Made by a program: the position numbers and the translations under genes. Shown piece after piece: positions 13,831-26,881 of a DNA stretch of 64,000 nucleotides (position 1 is the first letter of the stretch; the number at the start of each line of letters is the position of its first letter). The stretch spans positions 6,138,001 through 6,202,000 of the forward strand of contig CM120641.1 in the NCBI GenBank assembly GCA_051362555.1, read 5' to 3'. The notes below the pieces were generated by a model, which searched no databases, was not told where the DNA came from, and saw nothing but the letters and a program-made list of their open reading frames with translations. Origin of the DNA: Lingula anatina (Eukaryota; Animalia; Brachiopoda).

Positions 13831-16178
13831 ATTTGGATAGGTTTGCACGAAATATGAAATCGTTAATTTTAATGTTCTGTTAATTAAACCAAACGTACAC
13901 TGACTCTAAGTAAACTTAAAGGAATAATTACATAAGTATTTTTACTAAGTGAGTATAATCAACTCATAACTTCCTTATATTTTGTTTGAAACTTAGAGTG
14001 GCTTCTCTAACGCAATCACAAAGTCAAAGGGTGCAGCAGATCCCAGTTTTTACCCAGTATTTGTAAATCGTACTTCTGGACAAGAGGTGCAACGATAAAA
14101 TGAATATCACATTTTCTGGAAGGTATCATGTAAACAAATTAAAAACCCAGGAATTATGGCAAAATTCATAAACACATTTTATAAATACTAAAAATGCAAA
14201 GCATTTATGGCTATGCCTGTGGTATAGCTGCATGCAGACAGCACATGCACCTGGTAGCCACATTTTATCAGAGGAGTATAATTACTTAACAGAAATGAAT
14301 AATAAATGATCAGACTTAATTCCAAAACTGCACTTGGAATAATTTAAATAATGTAGACATCTAGCTATATTTATTATTATTATTTACTAAATTGATCAGA
14401 TATATTTATTATTACATTTTTTTTACTGAATTGATCATGCAGATATGATAATTACGAATCGTATTATATTTCTTGGCATATTTTAAATTTTTTTTTTTTT
14501 GTCAAATGTTGTCTAAGGGTTATTTCATCTGAATGAAGATAATTCATAATTAATGAAAGACAAGTTGATACATGTAACTATTTCAAATATATAATAAAAA
14601 TAGTACTTGGCTAAATTTAAATATGCACTAGATTGACATGTTTATGTATTATGTACAATTTATGAAACGCAACAAATGTTGATCATATCCTGCCATGCCT
14701 TTTTCATAGGACCCACTGTCAATAATGTTTCTTTGATAATTAACTTAAAGCATTGGATCGGACACATTTTCCAAGTTTTGTTATCAGAACAGCACTGTTT
14801 TGACACAAAAAAAAGACATTTTTGACATAATGAAAATTTCCAAAATTATCTTTATGGTGTGCAATAAACTTTAAATAAGCCCTTATACTTTATTTTCAAA
14901 ATAATTTTTGGCTATTAAAGTTTTTAACTTCGAGCAGTAACTTTCCTTTAAAATACCATATAGATTAATATTCAACTGGAAATATACAGTATGCAGCAAT
15001 TACTGAGGGTATGTGAATAAATTTTAATTGAAGCAAGAAAACATTATTCCACACAGCCAGACTTCAGAAGCCTTGGTGAAGCAAAGCCAAAAACGGCAGA
15101 ATACGTAGGATTACAAGGTTTTTGTCACAATCACTATGGGGACATATTAAATTAATTCACTTTCATTTGGGCAAACGACCTTCAGGGGAGTACATAAAGT
15201 TGAGTCTGCTTGTCGTTTTCAATACAAGACAGTTAATTAATAGATTTACCTGGTATGCACTTGGCTAATGAGGAAGCATCATTATCCCACCAGTTGGTAA
15301 ATACGAGGTTATTGTCCTGCTTGTCAGAAAAATTAGTTTCATATTAATGGCAGGTAAAGATGAAACATGAATAGCATACCAGTATTCACATATCTCAGAA
15401 GGTTGGTTCACAAGAATGTATACACTAGACCAAAACAGCTTCACAATGCATCAGACTACATGATATCAGCTGTCTAGATGACCAAATAATTTTCTAAAAT
15501 GTATTATCATATCTGTTTTTTGGGGCAATTATTTGTCTTTTTTTATGATTATTATTATTATTTTTTTTTTTTTTTTTTGGAAGCTATATCAATGTCAAAT
15601 TTACCTATGCAAGTGTCATGGGACATCTTAAATGTATTTGGTAAAAATTTGAAAAGGTATGGAAATTTTACTTTGTTAATATTCAGCATGAAAGCAGTCT
15701 AATGAAAAAACTATATCATTCAATGATTTTCCGATGATGGTTCTTCGTGTATACAAAGATCCCTGCTCTAACACATCTTCAGTTATTTGCTTGTCCTAGA
15801 TGATGACTGAATGTCAACAACAACAAAGGTTGTGTAATTTCTGCACAACACCTTGGATTGAAGTGACAGTGGATTGACTGCCATTTGATAGGCCAATTTA
15901 ATCTAGTGTCATAAGTCATCAAGCAGGTATCAGCCCAGATATTACTATAAACCATCTCATTTCAACCCAGAAGAGATAAAGCAGTATTTAAATTAATTCC
16001 ACCCCTCCCTCTGCATATTCATGGAGTTAACTATATTTATTGAGAAAGAAAAAAGGCATATGCTTTATTATGAATCTTTTTTTTTTTAATTTAATGCTCA
16101 ACCTTTTTTCTAATGAGAACTCATGCTGGTAGTGTGTGACATGGTTTTATTTGTCAAAATAAATGTAAAATGCTGTCT

Positions 16179-17207
16179 TTAAAAGTCCATATATCTCCGT
16201 AAATTTTGTTCCCAATGTTTGTCCTTTTTCAATCTTTTTTCCGCAATCATTTTATTTTTAGTATTGTGTCTCATCTTCCTCTTATCTTCTTTCTTTGGAT
16301 GTTTGACTGCTGATGTGTCACAAGCATTAAAGTGTGTAACTTTTGATTTGGCTTCAGTCTTGGCTCCTAAACACAGGCGATCTCTTTTCAGAACAGTTTT
16401 GACTGGAAATTTTTGCCCTTGTCCTTGTGTGCCAAGTCCCATTTCTTTGTCCCAGCCATGTTTTACCATCATCTGGTACCCTTTGTTTGATTCAGGAATA
16501 AAGTACAATGTGCCTGGAGGTTTCCTTTTACTATTAAACAAGTGCAGAGTTGAAGTCTCGTGATTTGCTCTAGTTGTTTCCTGAAAATCTAATTTACAAA
16601 TGTTGCAATAAAATGTTTCTTGTAGCGTCTGTGAACCATCGTCATTATCATCAGATTGATTGTTCCTGTCTCTCAAAATCTTACAGATTTCTGTCTGTTT
16701 TCCTCTAATTGCTAAATCTATTGCCATTTGTCCCTGTTTATCACATATATATACATTAGCACCAGCATCAGTCATCAGATATTGCACTACTTGTATTTGT
16801 CCAGCATGGGCTGCACACATGAGGGCTGTCCAGCCATAGCCATCCTGATGATCCAATTCTGCACCATCTTGTAAGCACTTTTGAACTGACTGCAACTCGC
16901 CCATCTGTGCATATTTAAGTAAAGAATTATTTAAATGAGACAATGAAGGTTTAATTGAAGGTTTATGGTTGCTGTGATGTTTATTTTTTGGTTTTTCTTT
17001 TGGTCTATTTAAGCTTGAAGTCCCCACTTTTTTGTCAGTCACATTTTCCACTACTTCTTCATAAAAACTTCTTGCCTCTTTTCCATTTATAGATAGATGA
17101 ACACCATATATGGTTGATGCTTCTTTTGGCTTGGCTTTACTGGCTACATCTTTGCTTTCAGGTACAAAGTCAATCGAATGTATTAGTCTGCCTTCAAAAT
17201 TCAACAT
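16179..17207 (-). CDS. GPANK1: G patch domain and ankyrin repeat-containing protein 1 homolog, single coding exon
   Basis: Ankyrin repeats (QDGYGWTALMCAAHAGQIQVVQYL), Zn-like YCNICK..HETSTLHLF, G-patch NKGYQMMVKHGWDKEMGLGTQGQGQKFPVKTVLKRDRLCLG. ATG at 17207 lies just after the acceptor tttcag|AT. Confidence 0.92.
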   Translation of the reverse strand: MLNFEGRLIHSIDFVPESKDVASKAKPKEASTIYGVHLSINGKEARSFYEEVVENVTDKKVGTSSLNRPKEKPKNKHHSNHKPSIKPSLSHLNNSLLKYAQMGELQSVQKCLQDGAELDHQDGYGWTALMCAAHAGQIQVVQYLMTDAGANVYICDKQGQMAIDLAIRGKQTEICKILRDRNNQSDDNDDGSQTLQETFYCNICKLDFQETTRANHETSTLHLFNSKRKPPGTLYFIPESNKGYQMMVKHGWDKEMGLGTQGQGQKFPVKTVLKRDRLCLGAKTEAKSKVTHFNACDTSAVKHPKKEDKRKMRHNTKNKMIAEKRLKKDKHWEQNLRRYMDF

Positions 17208-17869
17208 ATCTGAAAAACAAGGACACTGCATTTATCAGTTGTAAACTGACATCTCTCCAAACTATATGCATTATACAGAAAAAATCAATGTAACCAAAAA
17301 GATTTATGGCATGATATCTCACCCCATGTAAATCAATATAATTTTACAAATCTTTCTAATGAAAAAAACTGATGCATTTATCAGGGATGAGACTGGCATT
17401 TAGTGAAAAAGTCGGAAAATATGGTGTGGGGTCTTTGGCTACCTAGATCAATATATTTGGATCCCATACGTCGTAAATCTGTCAGAAGTCAGAAAAATCT
17501 CATCCCATCTCACCTGATTGAGTTCTTTAACTATAAGAAACAAAACAAAATTATTAAACTCTTTTCACTATTACATCATTACTTCTTAATTTAAGCCAAG
17601 GTGCTAAAAGTCTAATAAACTTCTGCAAAGTCCTCACCAGTGATCTAATTTGATGGCTGTCGGTATGTGGAAGAGTTGATCTTGTTTATCCCCAAAAAGA
17701 GTCTACTAAATAAAAGGGAAATAAGTAAATATAAAAAGCACATAATGCAGGGCAGCAGCATTTCTGATTTTTGAAAATATTAAACAAAAAGTTGAAATAT
17801 GAAAATAACATCACCAAGAATACAAACAAAGCTGGCAGTCTTTGGAAAGAAACAAGTAATTTTTGACTT

Positions 17870-19020
17870 CCTTACTACCATGGCCCATAGGAGCCTACGC
17901 GTGCGTCTTTTAGACGCCCCTTTACATGCGAAAACGACAAGGCCTATGCCGAGTTCGTCTTTTACTACAGAGCTTTGAGAGCCGAAAATGGCATGGCTGT
18001 GTCTCTTTCGCCACTTACTGAACTCCACAGATGCGAGATTGACACGACCCATGTCGCGCTTGTCTCTCAAAAGACACTGTTATAAAACATGAAATAGGCA
18101 TTACGTGTGATTTTCGCAGCTGAATAAGTAGACCCTTATAAACGAAGTTGACGTGACCTTAGAGTCATGTCACTTTCAACTTTTACAAACCTCCAACAAA
18201 ATCTATCTCCACACAGACGCACGCGACATGTACTATTGGACATGGGTCAGTTGAAACCCTATTAACCTAAAGGGCTCATGTTACTTTCAGCCAACTCTTA
18301 TATGTCAAATCCAATTAATTTGAAACAGTGTTGTGCTGTCCCAAAACATTTTTTTCATTTGAATCCCATCATAATTTAGTGCTATCTAGATAACAGTGTG
18401 GCTAATTGCTTGTAATAATTATATGGCCTCATATTTTTATTTTCAAGGATTCAAATATAAAGGGTTTTAAGACGGTCCTTCTGTTTCAAATTAATTGGCT
18501 GAAAGTAACAAATTGGCCAATTGAATTTGTAATATTTTAAAATTTTGAATCTTACATCTTCAGGCAGCGGAGACGTGCAGCATTTCGATAACACAACGGA
18601 AGTGAGAGTGACGACCTTCACTTATGTTTTTAACCATATAATGGTCATATCTTTATTTATTCTAAAATTTCATGTTTAATTTTAATAAAAACATTTTATT
18701 TGATAAGAAATTATTATTATATATAGTCTTCACAAATCACACATTCGAGAGACTTGCTGTCGGCAAGGAGACCGCTTCAAAATGGCGACCACTTTCATCG
18801 ACGACAGAGATTCTCCATTTGAAAATGACTTAAAATCCTTGTATGATGTCATAAAGGAGCGAATGGAGGAACTCGAAAAGGTGCGAAAATGAGCGTGCTT
18901 AACAATGATAATTTTCAAAAAATATTCCACAGCACACATCATATGTCCACAATATTTGTGGATGACTTGTGACTAGATAAAAGACACCGACCATGAATGA
19001 TTAGCTTTTCCTACCAAGGG
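17870..19020. promoter_or_regulatory. Probable divergent promoter region for GPANK1 (-) and the TEX47-like gene (+)
   Basis: Two CpG-rich patches. Minus-strand donor gtaagg near 17870. YY1 motif CAAAATGGCG at about 18778. Plus-strand donor-like G|gtaaac near 19020. Confidence 0.45.
18279..18510. repeat. Degenerate inverted-repeat (MITE-like) element
   Basis: TGTTACTTTCAGCC...CCAATTAATTTGAAACAG is mirrored by CTGTTTCAAATTAATTGGCTGAAAGTAACA. Confidence 0.55.
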
Positions 19021-19342
19021 TAAACGTGTATCTACTGCCTTTTCACAGTGTAGCCCCTGAAATTCTGCCACTTATTTTGTATTCAAAATTAAGATTCATT
19101 TTCTCTCTGTAATTAACATAATTAACCACTTGCTATTTCAAAAGCTAGTTTTCAAAAGATTGATTTTATTTTTGTTATCTTTTCTCATAATTTGTGTATT
19201 TACATGATATTTGAAATGCTTTAAAGTGTTAGAATATGTGCAATCTATCTTTTGGTTTGAAGAAACTATACTAGGGATACTTATGTCTTAAAATAAGTGC
19301 CAGTTTGCATTTATAGAGTTTCCCAAATATTATGTGAAGTTA

Positions 19343-19903
19343 AAGGGATAACAGCTCTTCTAATGAGATTCAAAATTTCACAATACACAACCTTTATAAT
19401 TAATTCCATTTGACCACCAAAATGGCAGTTATTGAAATCATACTGAAATCTGTGCTTGCCATCAGACCATGTGGACCTTAATAGATGGCTACCATCTATA
19501 AAACTGTTAATCTCTTAAGAGATTATTTTAAAAAATATATATATGTAATAAAAAAATAAAATAAGAAACTAACTTAAAATAAGAAAAACAAATGATCAAA
19601 TAAATGGAAAAAAATTGGGGATATCATGATAGACTGAAGGTTCATTGGTCTGAAGGTTCATTGGTCAAAAAATGGTAACATTTTCATGTTTTTTTTTAAT
19701 CAAGGATTCATTGGTCCAAAGGTTCTATAGTGAACATTCTGACCAATGAACCTTCGGACTATTGCTACGGCCCCCAAGAACTCTAACTTTGAATGTTGGA
19801 ATGGATTCATTTACCATTGGTAAGTGTGGGAAATGTGTTGTTTTCCCAAGGAAAATCCATTTTATGGCACTTTCCCCATGAAAATGAAGAGTTGTTATCC
19901 CTT
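19343..19903. mobile_element. Second copy of the AAGGGATAACA TIR element, inverted relative to 509-852, carrying a nested insertion
   Basis: TIRs AAGGGATAACA / TGTTATCCCTT. Body matches the reverse complement of 509-852. Confidence 0.7.
19632..19774. mobile_element. Short element with ~15-bp GAAGGTTCATTGGTC subrepeats nested in the preceding element
   Basis: A reverse-complement copy lies at 62987-63112 (GGGGCCGTAGCAATAGTCC...AATGAACCTTCGG). Confidence 0.65.
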
Positions 19904-21081
19904 ACAGTTTGTATCATTATATTGTTTGTTAAAAAAATAACTATAACATTTTGAAATCTTATTTAAAAAAAACATTTTTAAATGTTCTGGATTCTGTTTT
20001 TAAGTTAATGATTTTTTTTCTTCTGTTAAAATAATATTGATACTGGTATTTTATTTTGAAATAAATCATCAGTTATTTAATATTTTTAGCCGGGGACTAA
20101 ATAAGTTATTAGTGAGGCATGGGTCTTATGTTTGAACAAATAAACTAATCAAAAGAAATCTAATCTAAAATTATGCATTTAAAACTGTGTCAGTGAAAAA
20201 GGCCAATCAGTTTGAAAATGATTCACTCTATATCAGATGAGAAATAAATTCTTGCTTAAAATTGTAAGCTGCTTAAATACCTGAAAGCTAGTCTTAGTGC
20301 TGAATGTTATTAAACAACAATAAGGTATTCTCTGAGTGCTCTAATCTGCAACACTTCTAGTTGAGATGGAGCTTATAGACCAATTTCATGTGTCATGTCT
20401 TAGGCCTAAAATCTAGAAAGGTGCAACAAAGAAGTCAATAGAACATTTGTTGAAATATCCCTTCTGACAATATATGTTCAAAAGACTCATTTCAGAATAT
20501 AACTAAATGCTCAGTCCATTACCTAGGCCATTATATGTGAACTTCCATACACTGGTGCCAGTATAACTACAAAAGAAGAGTGCAAATACCGCTCTTGTGT
20601 TGTGTAGATAACATTACCAGGGCATCTTTTATTTCCAAGATTATGTGCAATCTGTATCTTGGTTTTACTTGTTCAAGGCAATGTATAACTGGTTAATTTA
20701 TAAGTTCTTCATATTCCAACAAGCTGAAGGATTTTCTCTTGCTGACAGGCCCTATTTGCAGTGGCACATTATTATTGTTTGGCATAGAACCTACATATTA
20801 GGCCCAAAAACTGACAAAGTATGTTTTTCCCCCAACGTCTATGATATAACTATTTTGTTTACATTAACAAGTTGTCTATTGTCAATTTAAATGAAACCAA
20901 TAAAGAGATCTTCCCATTTTTTCAAAGTATGACAATTTACAGGTTGTACTTAAATTCTGCTGTCCCAAAAATATTTGTAAGTTTTCCACATAATTTCACT
21001 ACTTGGCCACCAGAAGATGCATAACACTGAAAAACAAATCTTTCCTAATTATATAAAAAAACTTTTTTAAAAAATCTTCAG

Positions 21082-21228
21082 CAGGGGCGGATCCAGAGAT
21101 ATTTTCTGACAGTCTTCCAAAATAACTTTATTGACCCATCCTCCACTTTTAACTGTCTCCTGACAGAAAAATTTAAAGATTCTGACTGTCTTCTGGAAGC
21201 CCTAGAAGATGGATTCTGTCTGCCCCAG
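21082..21228. mobile_element. MITE-like relic with CAGGGGCGGATCCAG end
   Basis: CAGGGGCGGA...TCTGCCCCAG imperfect TIR. A related end occurs at 26583. Confidence 0.45.
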
Positions 21229-22071
21229 TTCAGAAACTGTTGCGATACATAGTCTTTATGTTATTTTAATGGAACTGTTATGTAGACATTTTGAATTTAA
21301 AATACTTATGGTGCTTATGATAGCTTTTAAGTAAAAGAAAAAAGAAAAGAAAAGATAATTATACTTACCTTTCCCACAAATGGAAATTTGTCCCTTTTTC
21401 ATCATGTTTTTCATTTTTTTCTTAATGGATATTTTTCCTGTCAGTTAAACTGTTAAAGCTACCAAAATGTCCAGTTCATACTAGAATTCTGGAAGTTATA
21501 ATTTATAACTTCCATAACTGAGCATGTCTTTCTTTAGATTTCTCTACCTAAACTGAATAAGAAAGCAATTATCTACAATGTACCTTGGTGGTGTGCCTTA
21601 CAGATTCATGTTTACTTAAATGTTTACCAAGTTTGTTGTTCTTGGACAGTGAAGTAAAGAGTGTGTTGATCTATGTCAGTTTGTAATTTGACTGCATGGC
21701 CAATATTCATTGTTTGGTGGCCCATTGTCTACTCTTGCTCATTTATATATGCCAGTCCATTAGCCGATAAAATAAACACATTTTCTTGCCACCAGTGAAA
21801 AAGATCTATTTGGACGAGATGCCTGGTTGTCAGGAGGGAACAATTGCTGTTTTTGGATAGATGTAATAATATTGAATGCAGTGCTTACAGCAGGTGCATT
21901 CAAAAGGTTTTTATGAGTTACTGATCGTAACTAGGGGAAATGCCATATTGGAAGTCTCTATTTTTAGAAAAGCTAAGCGTAGAAAATATATATGCTATAG
22001 TTAATTTAGGCAGTTGGAAACTAGAACAAAAGTGAATTTTTGATGAAACTTTGAGTGCTTTGGCTGAAATC

Positions 22072-24990
22072 ATGGCCCATCGTACATCTGCGGGAAAGCG
22101 ACGTGGTCATTCTCCAGACAAGGAAGGGGAGGGGGATTTTGATTTAAAATCAGAGGAGGGAAAGAGTGTACAGCCTCTTGAATTTCCACTACCAACTCTT
22201 TATGAAGCAAAAATGGACCGCCGGTATAAGAATGATACAGAAAGGGTGAGATTGTTGAAAGAAGGAAGCATTTAGTGATATTATTTTTAAATGAAAAGTT
22301 TGTTTCAATTTCAGTGTCTATAGTATTACAGCACATTTAAGGATGATATTTTATCATTTTCTACCCTGCCTACTCCCACAGATTGTCAAATAGTTGCTTA
22401 CTGCTTATTATTATTATTATTATTAGCTTGACTTATACCTAAATGTCTTTTATTTTTATTTTCTCAGAAAAATCTGTTACACAGGCTTGTGTATGTTGGC
22501 AAACTAAGAGAGGATTTCTGTAGCAGCCAAGAAGAAATTGGGCGTAAGTATTTTAAAAGGTCATCATATTTGCTTATAAACATATAACCCAATGGCTAGT
22601 AGGTGGATAAATCATTATAAGGCTATTAAATGAAGTCTATTCTAAAAAGATATTAAATTCATGTAATTAATGTAAACCTATTATTTAGCTATATTATCAA
22701 AATATGTTGGTCTTTTCCATTGCAGATTACTATGACAATTTTTTCAAAAATCTACACAATTCTCTGCAAGGGGAAGGGATTACTGGTTTATTACTGCTTT
22801 ATCCAAAGCACTGTGCTCATGTTGTGGAGGTACGTACATGTATGTCTGATTATATAAGTTTTTGGCTGTATATTTCATTGGTTTGTGGACGTCATACAGT
22901 TCTGTCTAAGACAAACATACTTGCTTAATTTTGAAAGATGATGTTATTCAAGAAAAGATTATAGTTTGGCTGGTGCATGCTGTCTAATTTACATCTTATT
23001 TAATCTGACCCTGTTTACCTTGGAAGGTCTATTTTTTGGCACCATCTGAATTTATGTGAGGTTAAAATGCTTGACCCATCTCATGCCTTTTATTTATTTA
23101 TTTATTTTTTTTTTTTGCTTGATTATATTTACACAAATTCATTTATTTATCTACCTACCAATCTATCTTGTTACCTATTAACTTATTGATTACATCTGTT
23201 GATTTATTAGTATTTTAATATTAATAAAATGCTGTTCTTACTCCTCTTCTTATTGTCATAATTGTAATCACTAAGAGCAAATGGTATGGAGTATCGTGAT
23301 AGAAGGTACTGTCTTAAAAACAGTGATAATCCTTCAGTATGCTATCATTTGGTTATCTTGAATATAAAGTCCATTCATACAAATGTCTTTTGGCATTCGT
23401 GTGTAACAGAATACCTACAAAGAAACATTTTTATATCCTTTCAGACTTCTAATGAAAAGATCACAGAGGTTGTTAGAGATATGCAGAAAAGCATTGAGAA
23501 GCAAGAGGGACCTCTTGAGGCTGCCAAAATACTTGTTATTTCCCATGATATATCCTTTAATTAAAAAAAACCTAAAATCAATATATTTCAGACATTTTGG
23601 TGATATTTACAACCTTGTTTGATGAAGTTATTGCTTCAGTGGGTTAAAGTCACCAGTTAAGTCAACAAACACACTCATTTTAATGGACTTTTCAAAAAAG
23701 ACTGTGTTGACACAAGTGCCTACAATACTCTCAAAAATAGTTTTAAAATCTTGACATTAATATTTTCCTTAACAGTCAAACGTTCCAGAGAGACTCTACA
23801 ACCAGTGGACACACAAAATACTGGACATTAAGTCTGCAAATTTAGACTTGTATGAACCTAGTGAGGCAGCTGATAAACTAGTAACAGATATGTTGTCCCA
23901 GTTCCTCCATCTTGGTACCTATTTAGCAAAACAGCCAAAGGTGAGTTAAAGTCACCTTTAGTCTCAAAGTCTTATAGGGACTGTAGATACCCTAGTAGAC
24001 TTGCATGCACTTGATGTCTTTGTAAGAGCAGTACACTTGGGTTTTTCAAAATTTATTTGGGTGTTTCTTTTTTTAATAATTTTTTAAGAATGTTCACTTT
24101 CTTTGTATTTTCTTTCTACTAAACTTAATTGAGTTTTTCTTCTAAATCATAATAAATTGCAAATTAATATACACTATTTGTCTTTTCAGTTAAACTTTAA
24201 AAATGCACTAGATACACTTCACGAGAAAGTACCAGAGCATTTACCACAACAAGGTTGGTTATTTTTATTAATTTTACATAATTTACCTTATTTGGTGTTT
24301 TATAGGATATTTTATAAAACCCTATTACAATTTCAAATTCACATTTTCAGAAATGGACAAGTAGTGGATATACATTCAATAGAATACATCAGTTTATTTG
24401 GAAATACAATATCATGATTGATATGAATGACATTTTTTATCCATATTAATGCCTTTTTTTTTCAAATTATATATAATGTCTTTTTACAGATGTTATAAAT
24501 TATCTGGTAGAAAATGATACCACATGCATAAGCAAACCTGTGGAGTATCTTAATACTTACCAAAAACCCATCAAAGTTGTCTTGGATAGTGGTAAGAGGA
24601 AAAATGTCAAATCTTTTAAAATAGCTTACTACATGTACCAGTATACTTCACAAATGTAATATTTGTCAAACTTATGTGGCTTGATTGATATATTAAAAAC
24701 TTCAAGAATTTCTGTAAAACTTTGTAACAATAATAATAATAATAGTATGTTCCATATATGTAATATTTGTGAAATGAATGATTTCTAAGTCTTTGGTTGT
24801 AACATATGGATAAAAATGAAACAAGAACAGGTTAATCTCCTTTTTACATATCAGCACATAGACTTTTTTGGGCATTTTATTAAGTTGTATTGATTTAACT
24901 CATCCTAAAGCCATTAGTTAATAGCTGAGTGATTATTTTTTTCTAGAACTCACGTGGCCAATGCCTGTCAAGCTGTTTCCATACAACTAG
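22072..24990 (+). CDS. TEX47: Testis-expressed protein 47-like (C7orf62 family), 8 coding exons
   Basis: Exons 22072-22245, 22468-22543, 22726-22829, 23445-23549, 23782-23940, 24190-24253, 24490-24591 and 24947-24990 join in frame. Motifs: LLHRLVYVG, GITGLLLLYPKHCAHVVE, ILVISHDVPERLYNQW, VVLDSELTWPMP. Confidence 0.8.
23550..23781 (+). other. U12-type AT-AC minor-spliceosome intron
   Basis: 5' site ATATCCTTT at 23550, branch point TTCCTTAAC at 23765-23773, terminal AC at 23780-23781. Removing it restores the frame SHD|VPERLY. Confidence 0.92.
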
Positions 24991-26582
24991 TCTGGATGCA
25001 CGATAACCCATGATCACGTTTATCAGACAAAAGATAATTATTTGCCTATCTTGACTTCCTGAGACTTTGGTGGAAATAGGTGAACAACTGATAAATGACT
25101 TGCTTGTCACGGCAGGATATTCATTCCAGCAGTAATGATGCTAATCTTTTCATTCATTCATTCATTCATCCTACGGCCATCATTTGTGATGGCATTTTAC
25201 TCCCCCCCCCCTTAATTTTTCACTACATCAAGAAAAGTACAGAAGGCCATAAGGTTTGTTGAAAGATCCCCTCAAATAAGTTTAATGCTCACTATGTAAC
25301 ATTATTTCATTTGATTGTAAATTGATGATTTTAAAAAATACAAAATGTCAGGAGTGGACAGATGGGGGACTCTCTTCAAATTCAACTCAGCTGTTCAGTG
25401 GATTTGATTTATCTTTCCTTTGAATTTACTGTGAATGAAACAAACCATATTTATATATGTAATATATGGATATACAATATAAAATTGAAATATATACTTG
25501 TTGCCTGTGTAATATTTGTATGTATAAAAACAAAATAAAATATTTTTGATAAGCATAGTTAAATAATTTTGTTTCTGGGATTCAGTATTTTAGGAATGAT
25601 TGGAAATTAAGAAAAGAAAATTATTATGCTGATTGAAAATGGGCGGCACAACAGGCCCAAAACAAGGTGTGACAGAGTCTGCTGCCTGTGTGTGTGAATG
25701 AAGGTGAATACCATTTTATACTTCGACAGCTTTTTATAAAATCTTACATACACCTTAAAAATGATTTAATCCCTTAAATATTTTTTGTGAAGCATAACTG
25801 ATGTTGATATTTCCATTGGAGCTTATAAGAAAATGGTCGCTGTTATAATGACTGGCCAGTCAGAGGGATGGCTAAATGATTAGGAGAAGAAATTGCTTAT
25901 TTTCCCGGAAAATCCATTTTGGTGGGTAACTCTGATGGCGTGTACCTTTAATCTATCTACCAGAACAGAAATAAATTGAATTTTAATACCCCAGATGAAA
26001 ACTCAAACATGCATTGACATAAAAAAAAGCAGTACTAGTAGGACTCGGTGTCAAACAATGTTTCACCGATGTGTTGAATTCAGTCGGGTTATTGAGATAA
26101 AGCAATTTTTCACAGCTAGGTAATACGCTTGGTGATACTCTTAATGAAAATTGCAAGAATGATTGATTGATCTAAAAGCACACCTTAACGTTTTGCAACA
26201 TGCTCAATTGATTAATTTATTGAGCCTGTCCCAGCACTGCTCACGTGCATTTGTGTGTGTGAGAGAGGAGATACGACACGTGACTGACTTCGGAAAACAG
26301 GTATGGTGCATTTTCAGCCCTTGCAGTGATCCGAGCTGAGCCAGATGGGTCGACCCGCAGGTGCTTGCATTGTGAACTTCATCATGGACAACATTATCGA
26401 AATGTAAATGTTATAGAAATACATGTTATAAGCAAGAAACAGTAACGTGTTGGCTTTGTAACTCAAATTTAATAACGATGGCAATACACGGGTAGTAGAG
26501 TCAAAAGCAATGATGATAATGATCGGGAGCGTCCATGTACGCAGTGAAATGTGAAGTCTCAATAAAACCACGCATCACTATC

Positions 26583-26595
26583 CAGGGGCGGGTCC

Positions 26596-26631
<36 letters not shown>

Positions 26632-26881
26632 CTAATGACAGCTAGGGCTCGGATGCGAAGCCGTCCCTCGACCCATTGGCATGGGGTTCGGAGCTCGCTT
26701 AGGGGCCCCGAAAACTTCGGGTGTTTTGGAAAGCAAACGTTGCCTAAGTACGGTTTAGAACTACGGTTCAGCTAGTCAAAGTTCTAATTTCAAGAGGGAT
26801 ATTGGTGTTTTTTTTTGTTTTTTTTTTTCAGAAACCGATGGGGGGTGGGCAGGGGGTCCCCTCCCACCGAAATCCGCCACT
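26583..26881. mobile_element. MITE-like element CAGGGGCGG...ATCCGCCACT
   Basis: GC-rich insert with imperfect TIRs and internal poly-T. Its end resembles the 21082 element. Confidence 0.5.

Noticed and set aside
16219-16563. Antisense ORF inside GPANK1, and similar shadow ORFs in LIN54, CDAN1 and cpRas
   Set aside because: These are shadows of real coding exons or low-complexity intron ORFs with no recognisable motifs.
19632-19774. Short repeated units (GAAGGTTCATTGGTC) resembling a CRISPR array
   Set aside because: No regular unique spacers, eukaryotic context, and the same block recurs at 63 kb as a dispersed element.
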